Positions 19,623 to 29,182 of a stretch of DNA of 64,000 bases are shown here, in pieces. Origin of the DNA: Candidatus Binatia bacterium (GTDB lineage: Bacteria; Desulfobacterota; Binatia; HRBIN30); NCBI GenBank assembly GCA_038245295.1, contig JBBRSP010000023.1, positions 23,957 to 87,956 on the forward strand. Reading direction: 5' to 3'. The translations under genes were made by a program, and so were the position numbers. Each line of letters begins with the position of its first letter. The first letter of the stretch is position 1. Below the pieces are notes generated by a model, which searched no databases, was not told where the DNA came from, and saw nothing but the letters and a program-made list of their open reading frames with translations.

Positions 19623-21579
19623 GGTCTCCTCCGAACGCTTCTAGTCGGTGGCGATACTGACCGAGCGCCATGAGCGGGAAGTAGTTCCGGTACATGTCGT
19701 AACGCAGGTAGAAGTGGCGCGGAAAACCGGTGCCGGTGAAGAGCGTCTCATCCCACGTGCCATCGCTTCGTTGCGTGGCGAGGAGATGGGCGATACCGCG
19801 TTCGACCGCTTGGCTCGATCCGGGTTCCCCGGCGAGCAGGCCGAGGATTGCCCAGGCGGTCTGTGACGGTGTTGAAGCGCCGCGTCCGGCTTGGCGTTCG
19901 TCGGCGTACGACTCGAGTGATTCGCCCCAGCCACCGTCGGCATTCTGATGCGCCTTCAGCCAAGCGACGGCACGCCTGATGGGTAGAGAGCTCGGATCGT
20001 CGCCAATGGCACGCAGGCCGGAAAGGACGGACCAAGTGCCATAGATGAAATTGGCGCCCCATCGTCCCCACCACGAGCCGTCGTCGCGTTGGGTACGCAG
20101 GACATAGGCGTGAGCGCGGCGAGCGCGTGGATGGGTCAGGTTGAATCCGTAGTTGCCCATCATCTCGAGCAGCCGGCCGGTCAGGTCCTCGCTCGGCGGA
20201 TCGATCATCGCCTCCATGTCGGCGAAGGGAATCTGGTTGAGGAACTCGGCATCGTTGTTGGTGTCGAAAGCACCCCACCCGCCATTTCGGCTCTGCATGC
20301 CAAGCGTCCAGTTGATGCCGGCGGCGATGCCGCGCTGCTGCTGCAGGGCATCGCTTGCGGTGATGCGCCGCAGCACCATCAGGATGACGGCGCTGTCGTC
20401 GACGTCGGGGTACCAATCGTTGGCAAACTCGAAGGCCCAGCCGCCCGGCGCGAGGTCGGGGTTGTAGACCTTCCAGTCGCCAGGCTTGAAGATCTGATTG
20501 CGCAGCAGCCAATCGGCGGAGCGAACCAGCGCCGGATGATCTGCCGGGGCACCCGAATCGAGCAAGGCCTTGGCGGCGAGCGCGGTATCCCAGGTCGGGG
20601 AAACGCAGGGTTGGAAGAACAGGGTGTCGCCGTCGGACGTCACGAAGTTATCGATCTCCGCCATTCCCTTCTTCACGACGGGATGGCTATCGGCGTAACC
20701 AAGGGCGCGTAGGGCCATGACGCTGTTGATCATCGGCGGTTGGATACCGCCCCAGCCGCCGTTCCAGTCCTGGTGCTCCACGATCCATTCTTCGGCGCGT
20801 TTCAAGGCGCGAGCCCGCAACGGCTTCCATGAACTTCGACCGACAAACTTCAGTGCGGCATCGAGTCCGAGAAAGAAGTTGCGCCAGGTGAGCCACTCGC
20901 GGCTCGCAGGAAAACCCACGTTTTCAGCGGTGGGTGGATTGAGCCAGAGCTCGCCGACGCCTTGCTGTGCATCGATGGTGATGGCGGGTTGCTTGGCCAT
21001 CAGGATCGTCAGGGGCACAACGGTCCCGCGGGCCCAACTCGACAGCGCGTAGATGTTGATCGGGAACGATGGGGGTAAGAGGATCAGCTCGACGGGCATC
21101 GCCGGCAACCCCCACCACGGAAACTGTCCGAAGTAAGCCAGGAAGGTCCGTGTAAACACCCCCGCCTTGGCCAGGCCCCCATGGGCTCGGATGAAGTCGG
21201 CCGCACGGCGCAGCGGCGCCTCATCAGCGCCGCTGCCGGCGAGCTTCAGTGCGAAATAGGCTTCGATCGTGTCGCTGACATGACCGGCTCCGCCTTCGAA
21301 GAGTGGCCAGCTGCCGTCGGCCTTTTGGGTTGCCAGCATGTGGTCGACGATGCGGCGCTCTGTGCCGACCGGCCGCCGACCCATGAAGCGGTTGAAGATG
21401 ATGTACTGGGCGTCCATCGAAACATTTGCTTCGAGTGGGGCGTGCCAGAAACCTGCGTGGACTTGTTGGCTGAAGAACCAACGATGGCTGCGCTCGATCG
21501 CGGCGTCGAGAGACGCCTCTCCCGGGTCAATTGCGGCAGTTGGGATCGAGTTGCAGCTCAGATCGCTTAGATGATGCAT
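19612..21579 (-). CDS. shc: Squalene-hopene cyclase (HpnF)
   Basis: DVDDSA (DXDD) motif, QW repeats (Q..DGSW, Q..DGGWGE), TGTGFP; RBS GAGG before ATG 21579. Confidence 0.97.
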   Translation of the reverse strand: MHHLSDLSCNSIPTAAIDPGEASLDAAIERSHRWFFSQQVHAGFWHAPLEANVSMDAQYIIFNRFMGRRPVGTERRIVDHMLATQKADGSWPLFEGGAGHVSDTIEAYFALKLAGSGADEAPLRRAADFIRAHGGLAKAGVFTRTFLAYFGQFPWWGLPAMPVELILLPPSFPINIYALSSWARGTVVPLTILMAKQPAITIDAQQGVGELWLNPPTAENVGFPASREWLTWRNFFLGLDAALKFVGRSSWKPLRARALKRAEEWIVEHQDWNGGWGGIQPPMINSVMALRALGYADSHPVVKKGMAEIDNFVTSDGDTLFFQPCVSPTWDTALAAKALLDSGAPADHPALVRSADWLLRNQIFKPGDWKVYNPDLAPGGWAFEFANDWYPDVDDSAVILMVLRRITASDALQQQRGIAAGINWTLGMQSRNGGWGAFDTNNDAEFLNQIPFADMEAMIDPPSEDLTGRLLEMMGNYGFNLTHPRARRAHAYVLRTQRDDGSWWGRWGANFIYGTWSVLSGLRAIGDDPSSLPIRRAVAWLKAHQNADGGWGESLESYADERQAGRGASTPSQTAWAILGLLAGEPGSSQAVERGIAHLLATQRSDGTWDETLFTGTGFPRHFYLRYDMYRNYFPLMALGQYRHRLEAFGGDHGQ

Positions 21580-22489
21580 ACTTTCCTCGTGAATGTGTGC
21601 CCAGGTCGGTTGTGAATGCTTGCCAACCACCCGACTCGAAGCGACGAGCCAACTCGTCGGCGTCGCTCGGGCAGAGGCAGATGACTGCCCCACCGCCGCC
21701 GCCGCCGGTTAGCTTGGCACCGAGCGCTCCATGGGCGCGGGCCATGGCGATCATCGCGTCAAGCTCGTCCGTCGAGACACCCAGCTGTTTCAGAATGGCG
21801 TGGTTGGCGTTCATGAGTGTACCGAGTCGATCGAGATCGCCGTCGTCCAAGGCGTCGATGCCCTGTTCAACCAACTCCTGCACCTGATCGAAGAGCGGCT
21901 CGAAACGTGATGGATTGTCCTGCCAACGCGAACGCAGCTCTGTGACGACCTTGCGGGTCTGGCGCGGCGACCGACCAATGGCGACGACGAGTGGGGTCGA
22001 GCGACGACAGGGCAGGGGGCGCAATGCCTTGCCGCGCTGAAAGGCGATCAAGCCTTGGTAGGTGGCAACGCTGTTGTCGATGCCGGACGGATGGCCGTGG
22101 AAGACTTCCTCGATGGCGTATGCGTGAGCGCAAATCGCTTCGAGGTCGAGCTCGCGATTGGTGAGGGCGGCGAGAGCGCGCACGAGGGCGACGCTCAAAG
22201 CTGCGGAGCTGCCAAGGCCGACGGCCAGGGGCAGGTTGGTCTCGATGCTCAGGTCCAGGCCGTGGCGCGGGATATTCATTCGTGTTGCCGCGACCACGAC
22301 GGCTTGCTCGAGGCGAGCATCGGCAAAGGCCTTGGGCGCTTTGTCGGAAACGCTCAGTTGCACCGACACGTGTCTATCGATCGACGCGGCAATTGCCGCT
22401 CGCCCGTAGACCACGACGTGTTCGCCCAGCAAAATGACCTTGCCGGGCGCCACGCCGCGGGCGCGAGCGGGGTGCAACACAGGTGTCAT
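21527..22489 (-). CDS. mvk: Mevalonate kinase
   Basis: PGKVILLGEHVVVYG, P...GLGSSAA, HG.PSGID, KLTGGGGGG; ATGA overlap with mvaA. Confidence 0.93.
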   Translation of the reverse strand: MTPVLHPARARGVAPGKVILLGEHVVVYGRAAIAASIDRHVSVQLSVSDKAPKAFADARLEQAVVVAATRMNIPRHGLDLSIETNLPLAVGLGSSAALSVALVRALAALTNRELDLEAICAHAYAIEEVFHGHPSGIDNSVATYQGLIAFQRGKALRPLPCRRSTPLVVAIGRSPRQTRKVVTELRSRWQDNPSRFEPLFDQVQELVEQGIDALDDGDLDRLGTLMNANHAILKQLGVSTDELDAMIAMARAHGALGAKLTGGGGGGAVICLCPSDADELARRFESGGWQAFTTDLGTHSRGKYASSKRSELQLDPNCRN

Positions 22490-23778
22490 GCGGCTGCTTG
22501 CGCGGCGAGCAGGATTTCGCGGGCCTTGCTGAGTTTGATCTCGCCGCAGGCGATCATGTCGTCGACAATCTGGTCGACGAGATCCTCGGGAGCACCGGCG
22601 GCGAGTGCCAACCCGCGGGCGTGCAAGGCCATGTGGCCGCGTTGAATGCCGTCCGTGACGAGGGCGCGCATGGCGGCGAAGTTCTGGGCCAGACCGACGG
22701 CTGCCATGACCGAAGCCAGGTCGCGCGCCGATTTGACGCCGAGCAAGCGCAGGGCGAAGCGGACGCGTGGATTGCATTCTGTGTTGCCGCCGACGGTGCC
22801 GACAGCCAAGGGAAGCTCGATCGAACCGACCAAGCTCTCCTCAATGACGCGCCATTCGCTGAGGGGGCCGTATTGTCCTGCCCGCGCCGCGTAGGCATGC
22901 GCGCCGGCTTCAATGCCCCGCCAGTCCTGGCCGGTGGCGAGGGCAACCGCATCGATGCCGTTCATGGCGCCCTTGTTGTGGGTGGCGGCGCGGTACGGGT
23001 CGGCGGCGGCGAAAGCCCACGCCTCCATCATGCGTTCCGCAACTTGGCGTCCCGAGAACAACTTCGTCTCCAGCAACGCGAAGGGGATTTCAGCACGCGC
23101 ACGGGCCAGCCGCTGATCGGCAAGGTTGGAGAGGATGCGCAAACGAGCTTCGCCGCCGGCAAGCTCTTCAATCGTGGGCGACAGGGCCTCGGCCATGGTG
23201 TTCACGACATTGGCGCCCATGGCGTCGCCGACATCGACGATCAGGTGGATGACCAGCATCGGCCCAATCGCGGTCTGCGGCAGCGGGCGTATCTCAATGC
23301 GGCGCGCGCCACCGCCGCGCTTTTGCATGTTGGGATGGATGGCGTTGGCCATGGTCAGCAACTGCGGTTCGGCGGCTGAGATACGTTGCACGGCGCCGTC
23401 CAGATCGGCCACGCGCAAGAGCTGAATCTGCGCGATCATCAGTGGTGCGTCGGCTTCGGCCGTGAAGCCGCCGGCGCCACGAATCAAGCGAGCCGCGAAG
23501 CTGGCAGCGGCGACGACCGAGGGCTCTTCGATCGCCATGGGGACCAGTCGCTCCACGCCGTTGATCAGAAAGTTCAGGCCGACACCGAGCGGCAAGCCAA
23601 GGACGCCGACGGCGTTCTCGATCATGTGATCGGCGGTCTCGAAGTGGAGCGGCGAGGGTTCGGAGAGAACGGAGATCTCAGCCAAATCGACATCGGAACG
23701 TTCGGCGAGACGCCGCAGGCGCTCCGGTCGATCCATTTTATAGAAGCCTTCGATTCGTGATCCGCGTGTGTTGTGCAT
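22486..23778 (-). CDS. mvaA: Class II HMG-CoA reductase
   Basis: MIENAVG, EEPSVVAAAS, DAMGANVVN, THNKG, GHMALH. Confidence 0.96.
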   Translation of the reverse strand: MHNTRGSRIEGFYKMDRPERLRRLAERSDVDLAEISVLSEPSPLHFETADHMIENAVGVLGLPLGVGLNFLINGVERLVPMAIEEPSVVAAASFAARLIRGAGGFTAEADAPLMIAQIQLLRVADLDGAVQRISAAEPQLLTMANAIHPNMQKRGGGARRIEIRPLPQTAIGPMLVIHLIVDVGDAMGANVVNTMAEALSPTIEELAGGEARLRILSNLADQRLARARAEIPFALLETKLFSGRQVAERMMEAWAFAAADPYRAATHNKGAMNGIDAVALATGQDWRGIEAGAHAYAARAGQYGPLSEWRVIEESLVGSIELPLAVGTVGGNTECNPRVRFALRLLGVKSARDLASVMAAVGLAQNFAAMRALVTDGIQRGHMALHARGLALAAGAPEDLVDQIVDDMIACGEIKLSKAREILLAAQAAA

Positions 23779-23796
23779 ACCTTCCTCGTGTAGTGG

Positions 23797-24876
23797 CTAG
23801 TGGTTGCCGGCAGTGGCGCGTAACCATGAGTTGATGCGTTCGCCGAGGACGACGGGTTGACGCCGCAGGTCGTCGAGAGTGCGTGATCCGGTCAGTAACA
23901 TTGCCGTCTTGAGAGCATCGAGTAGCTCGTCGACGAACTCGATCGCTCCGTCGATGCCGCGCTCGCGGTGCGCCCGGAAGATCGGCAGAGCGGCGCCGCA
24001 GATCCGCGCCCCGAGGGCGATCGCTTTCGCCATTTCAAGGCCGGTGCGTAGGCCGCCGCTGGCAATCAGCTCGAGGCCGGTGGGTCGAAGCATGGCGAGG
24101 GATGCCGCCGTGGGGATACCCCATGATGAGAACACCGAGCCGAGCTGGCGACTGTGGGTGTCGCCGCGCAAGGCTTCGACTCGTACCCATGAGGTGCCGC
24201 CGGCTCCGGAGACGTCGACGTGGCGAACGCCGGCCCGTTGCAGCGCGACGCCGACGGCGCTCGAGATCCCGCAGCCGGTTTCCTTGGCGATCACAGGAAC
24301 AGTGAGCTCACGGCAGAGTCGTGCGAGGGTCGAGTAGCCATCGCGAAAGCTGCGATCGCCCTCGGGCTGAATCATCTCCTGGGCTGGGTTTAGATGCACG
24401 CATAGTGCGTCGGCGGCGACGCTGCGCACGAGCTCGGCGATCGCATCGGTCGACTGTTCGCTCGCCTGGATCAGGCCGATATTGGCCAGCAGGAGTGTGG
24501 TCGGGGCATGCTCGCGGACGGCAAAGGTCCACGCCGTGCGCGGGTCGCGCTGCATGACACGCTGACTGCCAAGACCAAAGGCGATCCCGAAATGTTCGGC
24601 AACACCGGCGAGATCGCGGTTGATCTCGAATGCCTGCTCGGTTCCGCCGGTCATTCCGGTGATGAGCAGTGGCGCACGCAGGCGGCGCCCGAGAAAGTCG
24701 ACGCTGATATCGATGTCGGCGAGGGCCAGCTCCGGAAGCGAGTTGTGGATCAGTTCGACGTCTTCGAAAAGTGTCGTCTTACCATCGTATTCGACCTCCC
24801 CCGTGCCGCACACGTCGAGGTGCGATTGCTTGCGGCTTTGCAGGGCCGTGCTGGCGAAGTCCTTAGCTACAGCCAA
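23797..24876 (-). CDS. fni: Type 2 isopentenyl-diphosphate delta-isomerase
   Basis: RKQSH, GMTGG, GSQR, HLNPAQE, KETGCG, GAGGTSW. Confidence 0.95.
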   Translation of the reverse strand: MAVAKDFASTALQSRKQSHLDVCGTGEVEYDGKTTLFEDVELIHNSLPELALADIDISVDFLGRRLRAPLLITGMTGGTEQAFEINRDLAGVAEHFGIAFGLGSQRVMQRDPRTAWTFAVREHAPTTLLLANIGLIQASEQSTDAIAELVRSVAADALCVHLNPAQEMIQPEGDRSFRDGYSTLARLCRELTVPVIAKETGCGISSAVGVALQRAGVRHVDVSGAGGTSWVRVEALRGDTHSRQLGSVFSSWGIPTAASLAMLRPTGLELIASGGLRTGLEMAKAIALGARICGAALPIFRAHRERGIDGAIEFVDELLDALKTAMLLTGSRTLDDLRRQPVVLGERINSWLRATAGNH

Positions 24877-25885
24877 TGGTGACCCCTTTGTCCGACAGAT
24901 TCAGATCGAGTGGAGTGATCCCACCGGCACGCCAGGCCTGTCGGATGCCATCGGCTGCCACTGTGTCGGTGCTGAAGGCGATGCCGCAATCGCCACCACC
25001 CGCGCCGGAGGCCTTGGCCGCCGCGCCGTGGGCGTGGGCGATATCGATCAAGGTGCGCAGACCCGGGGTGATGATTGGCAATCCCAGCGCCGTTCCAAGC
25101 TGCTCGATTGCGGCCGCCAGATCGTCAATCGGATTCAGGTCGAGGTTGCCGGTTCGCAGGGCTTCGGCGAACTTGTCGACAGCCGTTCGGCTGAAGTGAA
25201 CGAAGCTTCGACGATCCTCGCGTTGCCCGTTGGTGGCAGCGAGATAGCGACTGACGAGGTTGAGCGTTGATGCCGGCGTGCCGGTCCATCCGACCAGAAA
25301 ACTGACCCCGCCAGGTAGCGCCAGGTGCTCGACCTCCGGTAGCGAGTCACCGTGCGGCTGCAGGCGAACGACACCACCGAAGACCGACGCCGCGATATCA
25401 CCGCCACTGCCGGTTCCACGCTGCGCCTCGCGGTGGGCCTCGAACGCCGCCGCGAAGACATCGTGCCGTGCGGCGTCGACGTTGCGACCGGTCGATGCAA
25501 ATAGCGCCGCCGTCCACGCTGCGGTGACCGCGGCACTGCCGCCGAGTCCGGTCTTTACGCCGCCGACACCGTCGAGATCACTTTCGATGGTGACCTCGAA
25601 TCCCTCGCCCCGAAGCTCGGGCAGTCGAGCCAAAGCCGCTCGGTAGGCACTCAAAACAAAGGCCCATGGTGTCTCCCCTGAAGCGGGCACGTTGTCCGCT
25701 GGAAATTCGATGGGGGTGACGTTGGCGGCGGACGTGATGCGGACGTTCTGTCGGTCTGTCCGCTCCAGTGTCACGGTAACGAAGCGATCGACTGCCGCGA
25801 TGATCGCCGGACAGCCGTCGAGGACGGCATACTCGCCCAGGAGAAAGAGTTTGCCTGGGGCGCGTGCGACCAATCGCCGGCTCAT
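24863..25885 (-). CDS. mvaK2: Phosphomevalonate kinase
   Basis: APGKLFLLGEYAVL, KTGLGGSAA, GSGGDIAAS, SGAGGGDCG. Confidence 0.9.
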   Translation of the reverse strand: MSRRLVARAPGKLFLLGEYAVLDGCPAIIAAVDRFVTVTLERTDRQNVRITSAANVTPIEFPADNVPASGETPWAFVLSAYRAALARLPELRGEGFEVTIESDLDGVGGVKTGLGGSAAVTAAWTAALFASTGRNVDAARHDVFAAAFEAHREAQRGTGSGGDIAASVFGGVVRLQPHGDSLPEVEHLALPGGVSFLVGWTGTPASTLNLVSRYLAATNGQREDRRSFVHFSRTAVDKFAEALRTGNLDLNPIDDLAAAIEQLGTALGLPIITPGLRTLIDIAHAHGAAAKASGAGGGDCGIAFSTDTVAADGIRQAWRAGGITPLDLNLSDKGVTIGCS

Positions 25886-26868
25886 TTGACCTCCAGCAAC
25901 TCGGCGTCGGGGCCGGGCTCGGACAGCAAGGTTCTGTGCACGCCGGGCACGCGGCCGAGCGCCGCGGCGACCTCATCGCGCTGATCGATCGGGCAAATGA
26001 CTTTGACTTGCGGGCCGGCATCAATGGTGAAGTAACAGCTGAGGCCCTCATCCCGCAGTTGTCGGACCCGTTCGATCACCGCCAACGTGGCGGGCTTCCA
26101 GTAGAAGAGGGGTGGTTTGGCAGCCAGAGCAACCGCATGCATCTTCAAGCAGTTGTGTTCAGCCGCGAGACCGACCGCCTCGATGTCGCGTGCCAGAATG
26201 CCGCGTCGGATGTCGTCGAGGTCATCCTCGTGGGAGGCCAGCCAGGCGCTGAAGAATGGCGACTGCTTGACGGCGCGCGCCATGCCCTCGCGGGACCCAA
26301 CGTCCTTTTTCCCCTCATGTGTAATGGCGACGACGACGCCAAGCGGCCAGTGGTCGGCGCTGGCAATCGGGGTTGCAAACGAATCCGACCCGTCGCTTAT
26401 CTCCCCCGGAAGCCACTCGACATAACCGCCATGGATCGAGCGCGCCGCCGAGCCCGATCCAAGCCTGGCGACGATCGACAACTCGGTCGGCGACAAGGCA
26501 AGGTCACATGCCGCGGCCGTGGCTACTGCCAGGGCAGCGAATGTCGAAGCAGAGGATGCAATCCCAGCGGCTACAGGAAAACTCGTGTCGATCTCGACGG
26601 CGAGGGGCATGCGACGTGACGCCCGCTGACGCACGAGATCGAGGAACGTACTGATGCGCTGTGCTTCCTGGTGCGGTGCCGCTGCGCCATTCATGAGCAC
26701 GCTATCGACTGCCTGCCGCGCGGCAGGGGCGACGCGTGCGGTCGTCGTCAGGCCGGCCAGCGTGACGGACAAACTTCCCGTATAGGGCAAGTTGAGCTTG
26801 TCGTCGCGCTTACCCCAGTATTTGGCCAGCGCCACATTGGCGCAGGCGCGAGCGAGTGCGCAGCTCAT
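25882..26868 (-). CDS. mvaD: Diphosphomevalonate decarboxylase
   Basis: NVALAKYWGKRD, GIASSAS, ARLGSGSAARS, TIDAGPQVK. Confidence 0.96.
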   Translation of the reverse strand: MSCALARACANVALAKYWGKRDDKLNLPYTGSLSVTLAGLTTTARVAPAARQAVDSVLMNGAAAPHQEAQRISTFLDLVRQRASRRMPLAVEIDTSFPVAAGIASSASTFAALAVATAAACDLALSPTELSIVARLGSGSAARSIHGGYVEWLPGEISDGSDSFATPIASADHWPLGVVVAITHEGKKDVGSREGMARAVKQSPFFSAWLASHEDDLDDIRRGILARDIEAVGLAAEHNCLKMHAVALAAKPPLFYWKPATLAVIERVRQLRDEGLSCYFTIDAGPQVKVICPIDQRDEVAAALGRVPGVHRTLLSEPGPDAELLEVK

Positions 26869-27056
26869 TTGCTAACCGTCCGGTCAGGGGCGGGTCGATC
26901 GAAAGCGATTTGCAAGTCTTCGTGTGCCATCTTGATCGTTGAGAGAGCGGGCTGCCATTCCTTCCAAACCGCTCGGTCAGGTGTTTATCCGTTCGCCTCC
27001 CGAACTGTCAATACTGCGAACGAGAAACGTGTCGAGGGCCGAAATGCAAGGCCGTC

Positions 27057-27824
27057 TCACCTCGTCCACGCCGGCGGACGTTTTTCGATAAAGCTCCGAA
27101 ATCCCTCGACGACCTCGTCCGATGCCAGTGATTCGGCGAACATCGCGTAGTCCACAGGTGGCAGGTGGCGATTGATGTCGCGTTTGAGTGCGGTGCGGGC
27201 GCGCGGTCCTGTTTGTCGCACCAGGGCGATGGTTTCCTCGACCACCGCGGCGAATTCATCGGGCTCGGCCACACGGGAAATGATCCCCATCGCGAGCGCC
27301 TCGGCGGCTGAGAAGTACTGGGCCGTGTAGAGCAGGTATTTGGCGCGGGCGACGCCGACCCGGCTTGCGAGACGCGCTGCCAGGAAACAGTCGGCGACCC
27401 CGCGCAGCAATTCGGGCGCGCGGAACTTTGCGCGACTCGACGCGATCGAAATGTCACTCATCAACGTCATGTTCAGCCCGCCTCCCTGACACATTCCGTT
27501 GATTGCCACGATGATGAGTTTCGGGCAGCGCTCGAACTCGGCGAACGGCAACATGTCGAAGCGATCCGTCTCACGATCGATGGTCGCGGATTGCTCGTGC
27601 TGACCACCCATCTCGCCACCGACGCAGAAGTACTCACCGCTTCCCGTGATCAGTACGATATCTACCGCGGCATCGCGCTCAGCGAGAACCGCCGCCTTCT
27701 TGAGGCCGTGGTACATTTCAATCGTGCAGGCGTTGCGTCGTGCCGGCCGATCGATGACCACGCGTAGGCACCCGGCGTCCTTGGTTGCTCGCAGAAACTT
27801 CGAGCCAAGATCCAGTGTTTCCAT
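27057..27824 (-). CDS. Enoyl-CoA hydratase/isomerase family protein
   Basis: FCVGGEM, AINGMCQGGG, FRAPE; RBS GGAGG before ATG 27824. Confidence 0.9.
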   Translation of the reverse strand: METLDLGSKFLRATKDAGCLRVVIDRPARRNACTIEMYHGLKKAAVLAERDAAVDIVLITGSGEYFCVGGEMGGQHEQSATIDRETDRFDMLPFAEFERCPKLIIVAINGMCQGGGLNMTLMSDISIASSRAKFRAPELLRGVADCFLAARLASRVGVARAKYLLYTAQYFSAAEALAMGIISRVAEPDEFAAVVEETIALVRQTGPRARTALKRDINRHLPPVDYAMFAESLASDEVVEGFRSFIEKRPPAWTR

Positions 27825-27897
27825 CGCGTCCTCCGATACCTCAAACAAAGCCGACAAGTCGCCCCCCGACCTCTTGCCATCGGGCTCGATCTTGATA

Positions 27898-27915
27898 TTA
27901 ACGAACGTTAGTTCG
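27898..27915. promoter_or_regulatory. Palindromic operator in the divergent ECH/amidohydrolase promoter, same motif as the tetR promoter
   Basis: TTAACGAACGTTAGTTCG versus TGAACAAACGTTCGTTCG at 15381-15398. Confidence 0.55.
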
Positions 27916-27968
27916 TTTGCGAAAAAAACCTGCCGCGGCAGCGGCGGCACGAAGAGGAGAGATGACCC

Positions 27969-29084
27969 ATGGCGCGTGAGTACAGACTAATCTCGGCCGA
28001 CTCTCATATTCTGGAACCGCCACATCTGTGGACGGAGTACATGCCGAAGAAGTTCCACAGCAAGGCCCCCGTCGTGGTTTCTGACGGCGAGGGCGGCGAG
28101 GCCTGGCAGTTCTCGCCAGGGATCCCGCCCGCCCCGATCGGCATTTACGCATCCGCGGGGAGTCACGAGGCGCGCTGGACCGGGGTTACGTTCAAGACAG
28201 CGAATCAAGGAAACTTCCACGCCAAGCCGCGTATGGAAGAGCAAGATATCGACGGCGTCGATGCCGAAGTCCTCTTTGGCTCGGCACGCATGATGAGCCA
28301 TTTCTTTTCCGATCCAGATCCCGAATTCCAAATGGCCGGCGTGCAAGCGTACAACAACTGGTTAGCGCAAGATTTCGTCAAGATCGCGCCGGACCGATTC
28401 ATCGGGCTGGCGGCGATGCCGGCCCTGAACGTCGAAGCGGCAATCAAAGAGATGGAGCGTTGCCTGAAGCTCGGCCTCAAGGGGGTCTGGCTCAACACGA
28501 TGCCGAGCGTCGGGTCGGCGATCCGACCCGAAGATGACCCGTTCTGGGAAGCCTGCCAGTCTCTGGGCGTCGCGGTTCACTTCCACGTTCGCGTCATGCG
28601 TCAGGTGCTGAAGCCAAAGCCAAAGGGTGTGCGCGGCGATGACCTCACGGGCCTCGCAACGGTTGGCGCCTCCAGCATGATCGTCGATCTCCCTGAGATC
28701 ATCAGCTCCGGCGTCCACGATCGCTTCCCGAATCTAACCTGGGTGGCGGTCGAGACCGGCGCCGGTTGGGTGCCCTATATCCTGGAGCAGATGGACGATC
28801 GCTGGTGGCGCAACCGCGGTTGGTTGCCGATCAAGATGCAGCACGAGCCGAGTTTCTACTTCAAGCGTAACTGGCGCGTCGCTTTTATGAATGATCGCTA
28901 CGCCATCGCCAACCGTCACACGATCGGCATCGACAATATGATGTGGTCGACCGACTACCCGCACCACGGGTGTGATTGGCCGGAGACACGTCGAGTCGTC
29001 GATGGCGCCTTCCTTGGTGTCCCTGAGGAAGAGCGCAACAAGCTGTGCGCCCTCAATGCGGCGAAGCTCTATGGTCTGATCTGA
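27969..29084 (+). CDS. Amidohydrolase family protein (Amidohydro_2)
   Basis: ISADSHILEP, HFH, ETGAGW, WSTDYPH. Confidence 0.92.
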   Translation: MAREYRLISADSHILEPPHLWTEYMPKKFHSKAPVVVSDGEGGEAWQFSPGIPPAPIGIYASAGSHEARWTGVTFKTANQGNFHAKPRMEEQDIDGVDAEVLFGSARMMSHFFSDPDPEFQMAGVQAYNNWLAQDFVKIAPDRFIGLAAMPALNVEAAIKEMERCLKLGLKGVWLNTMPSVGSAIRPEDDPFWEACQSLGVAVHFHVRVMRQVLKPKPKGVRGDDLTGLATVGASSMIVDLPEIISSGVHDRFPNLTWVAVETGAGWVPYILEQMDDRWWRNRGWLPIKMQHEPSFYFKRNWRVAFMNDRYAIANRHTIGIDNMMWSTDYPHHGCDWPETRRVVDGAFLGVPEEERNKLCALNAAKLYGLI

Positions 29085-29182
29085 TCCCAGGTGGGACGCG
29101 ACCTCCGGAGCGTTTCACTCAGCCGCACGGCTGGGTGAGCGCCATGAGGTCGCGCCCACCCCTGGTGTCACCTGTCGGAAGT

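Noticed and set aside
26910..26931. Sigma54 promoter for the mva-hpn operon (minus strand TGGCACACGAAGACTTGC)
   Set aside because: GG-to-GC spacing is 13 nt, not the required 10.
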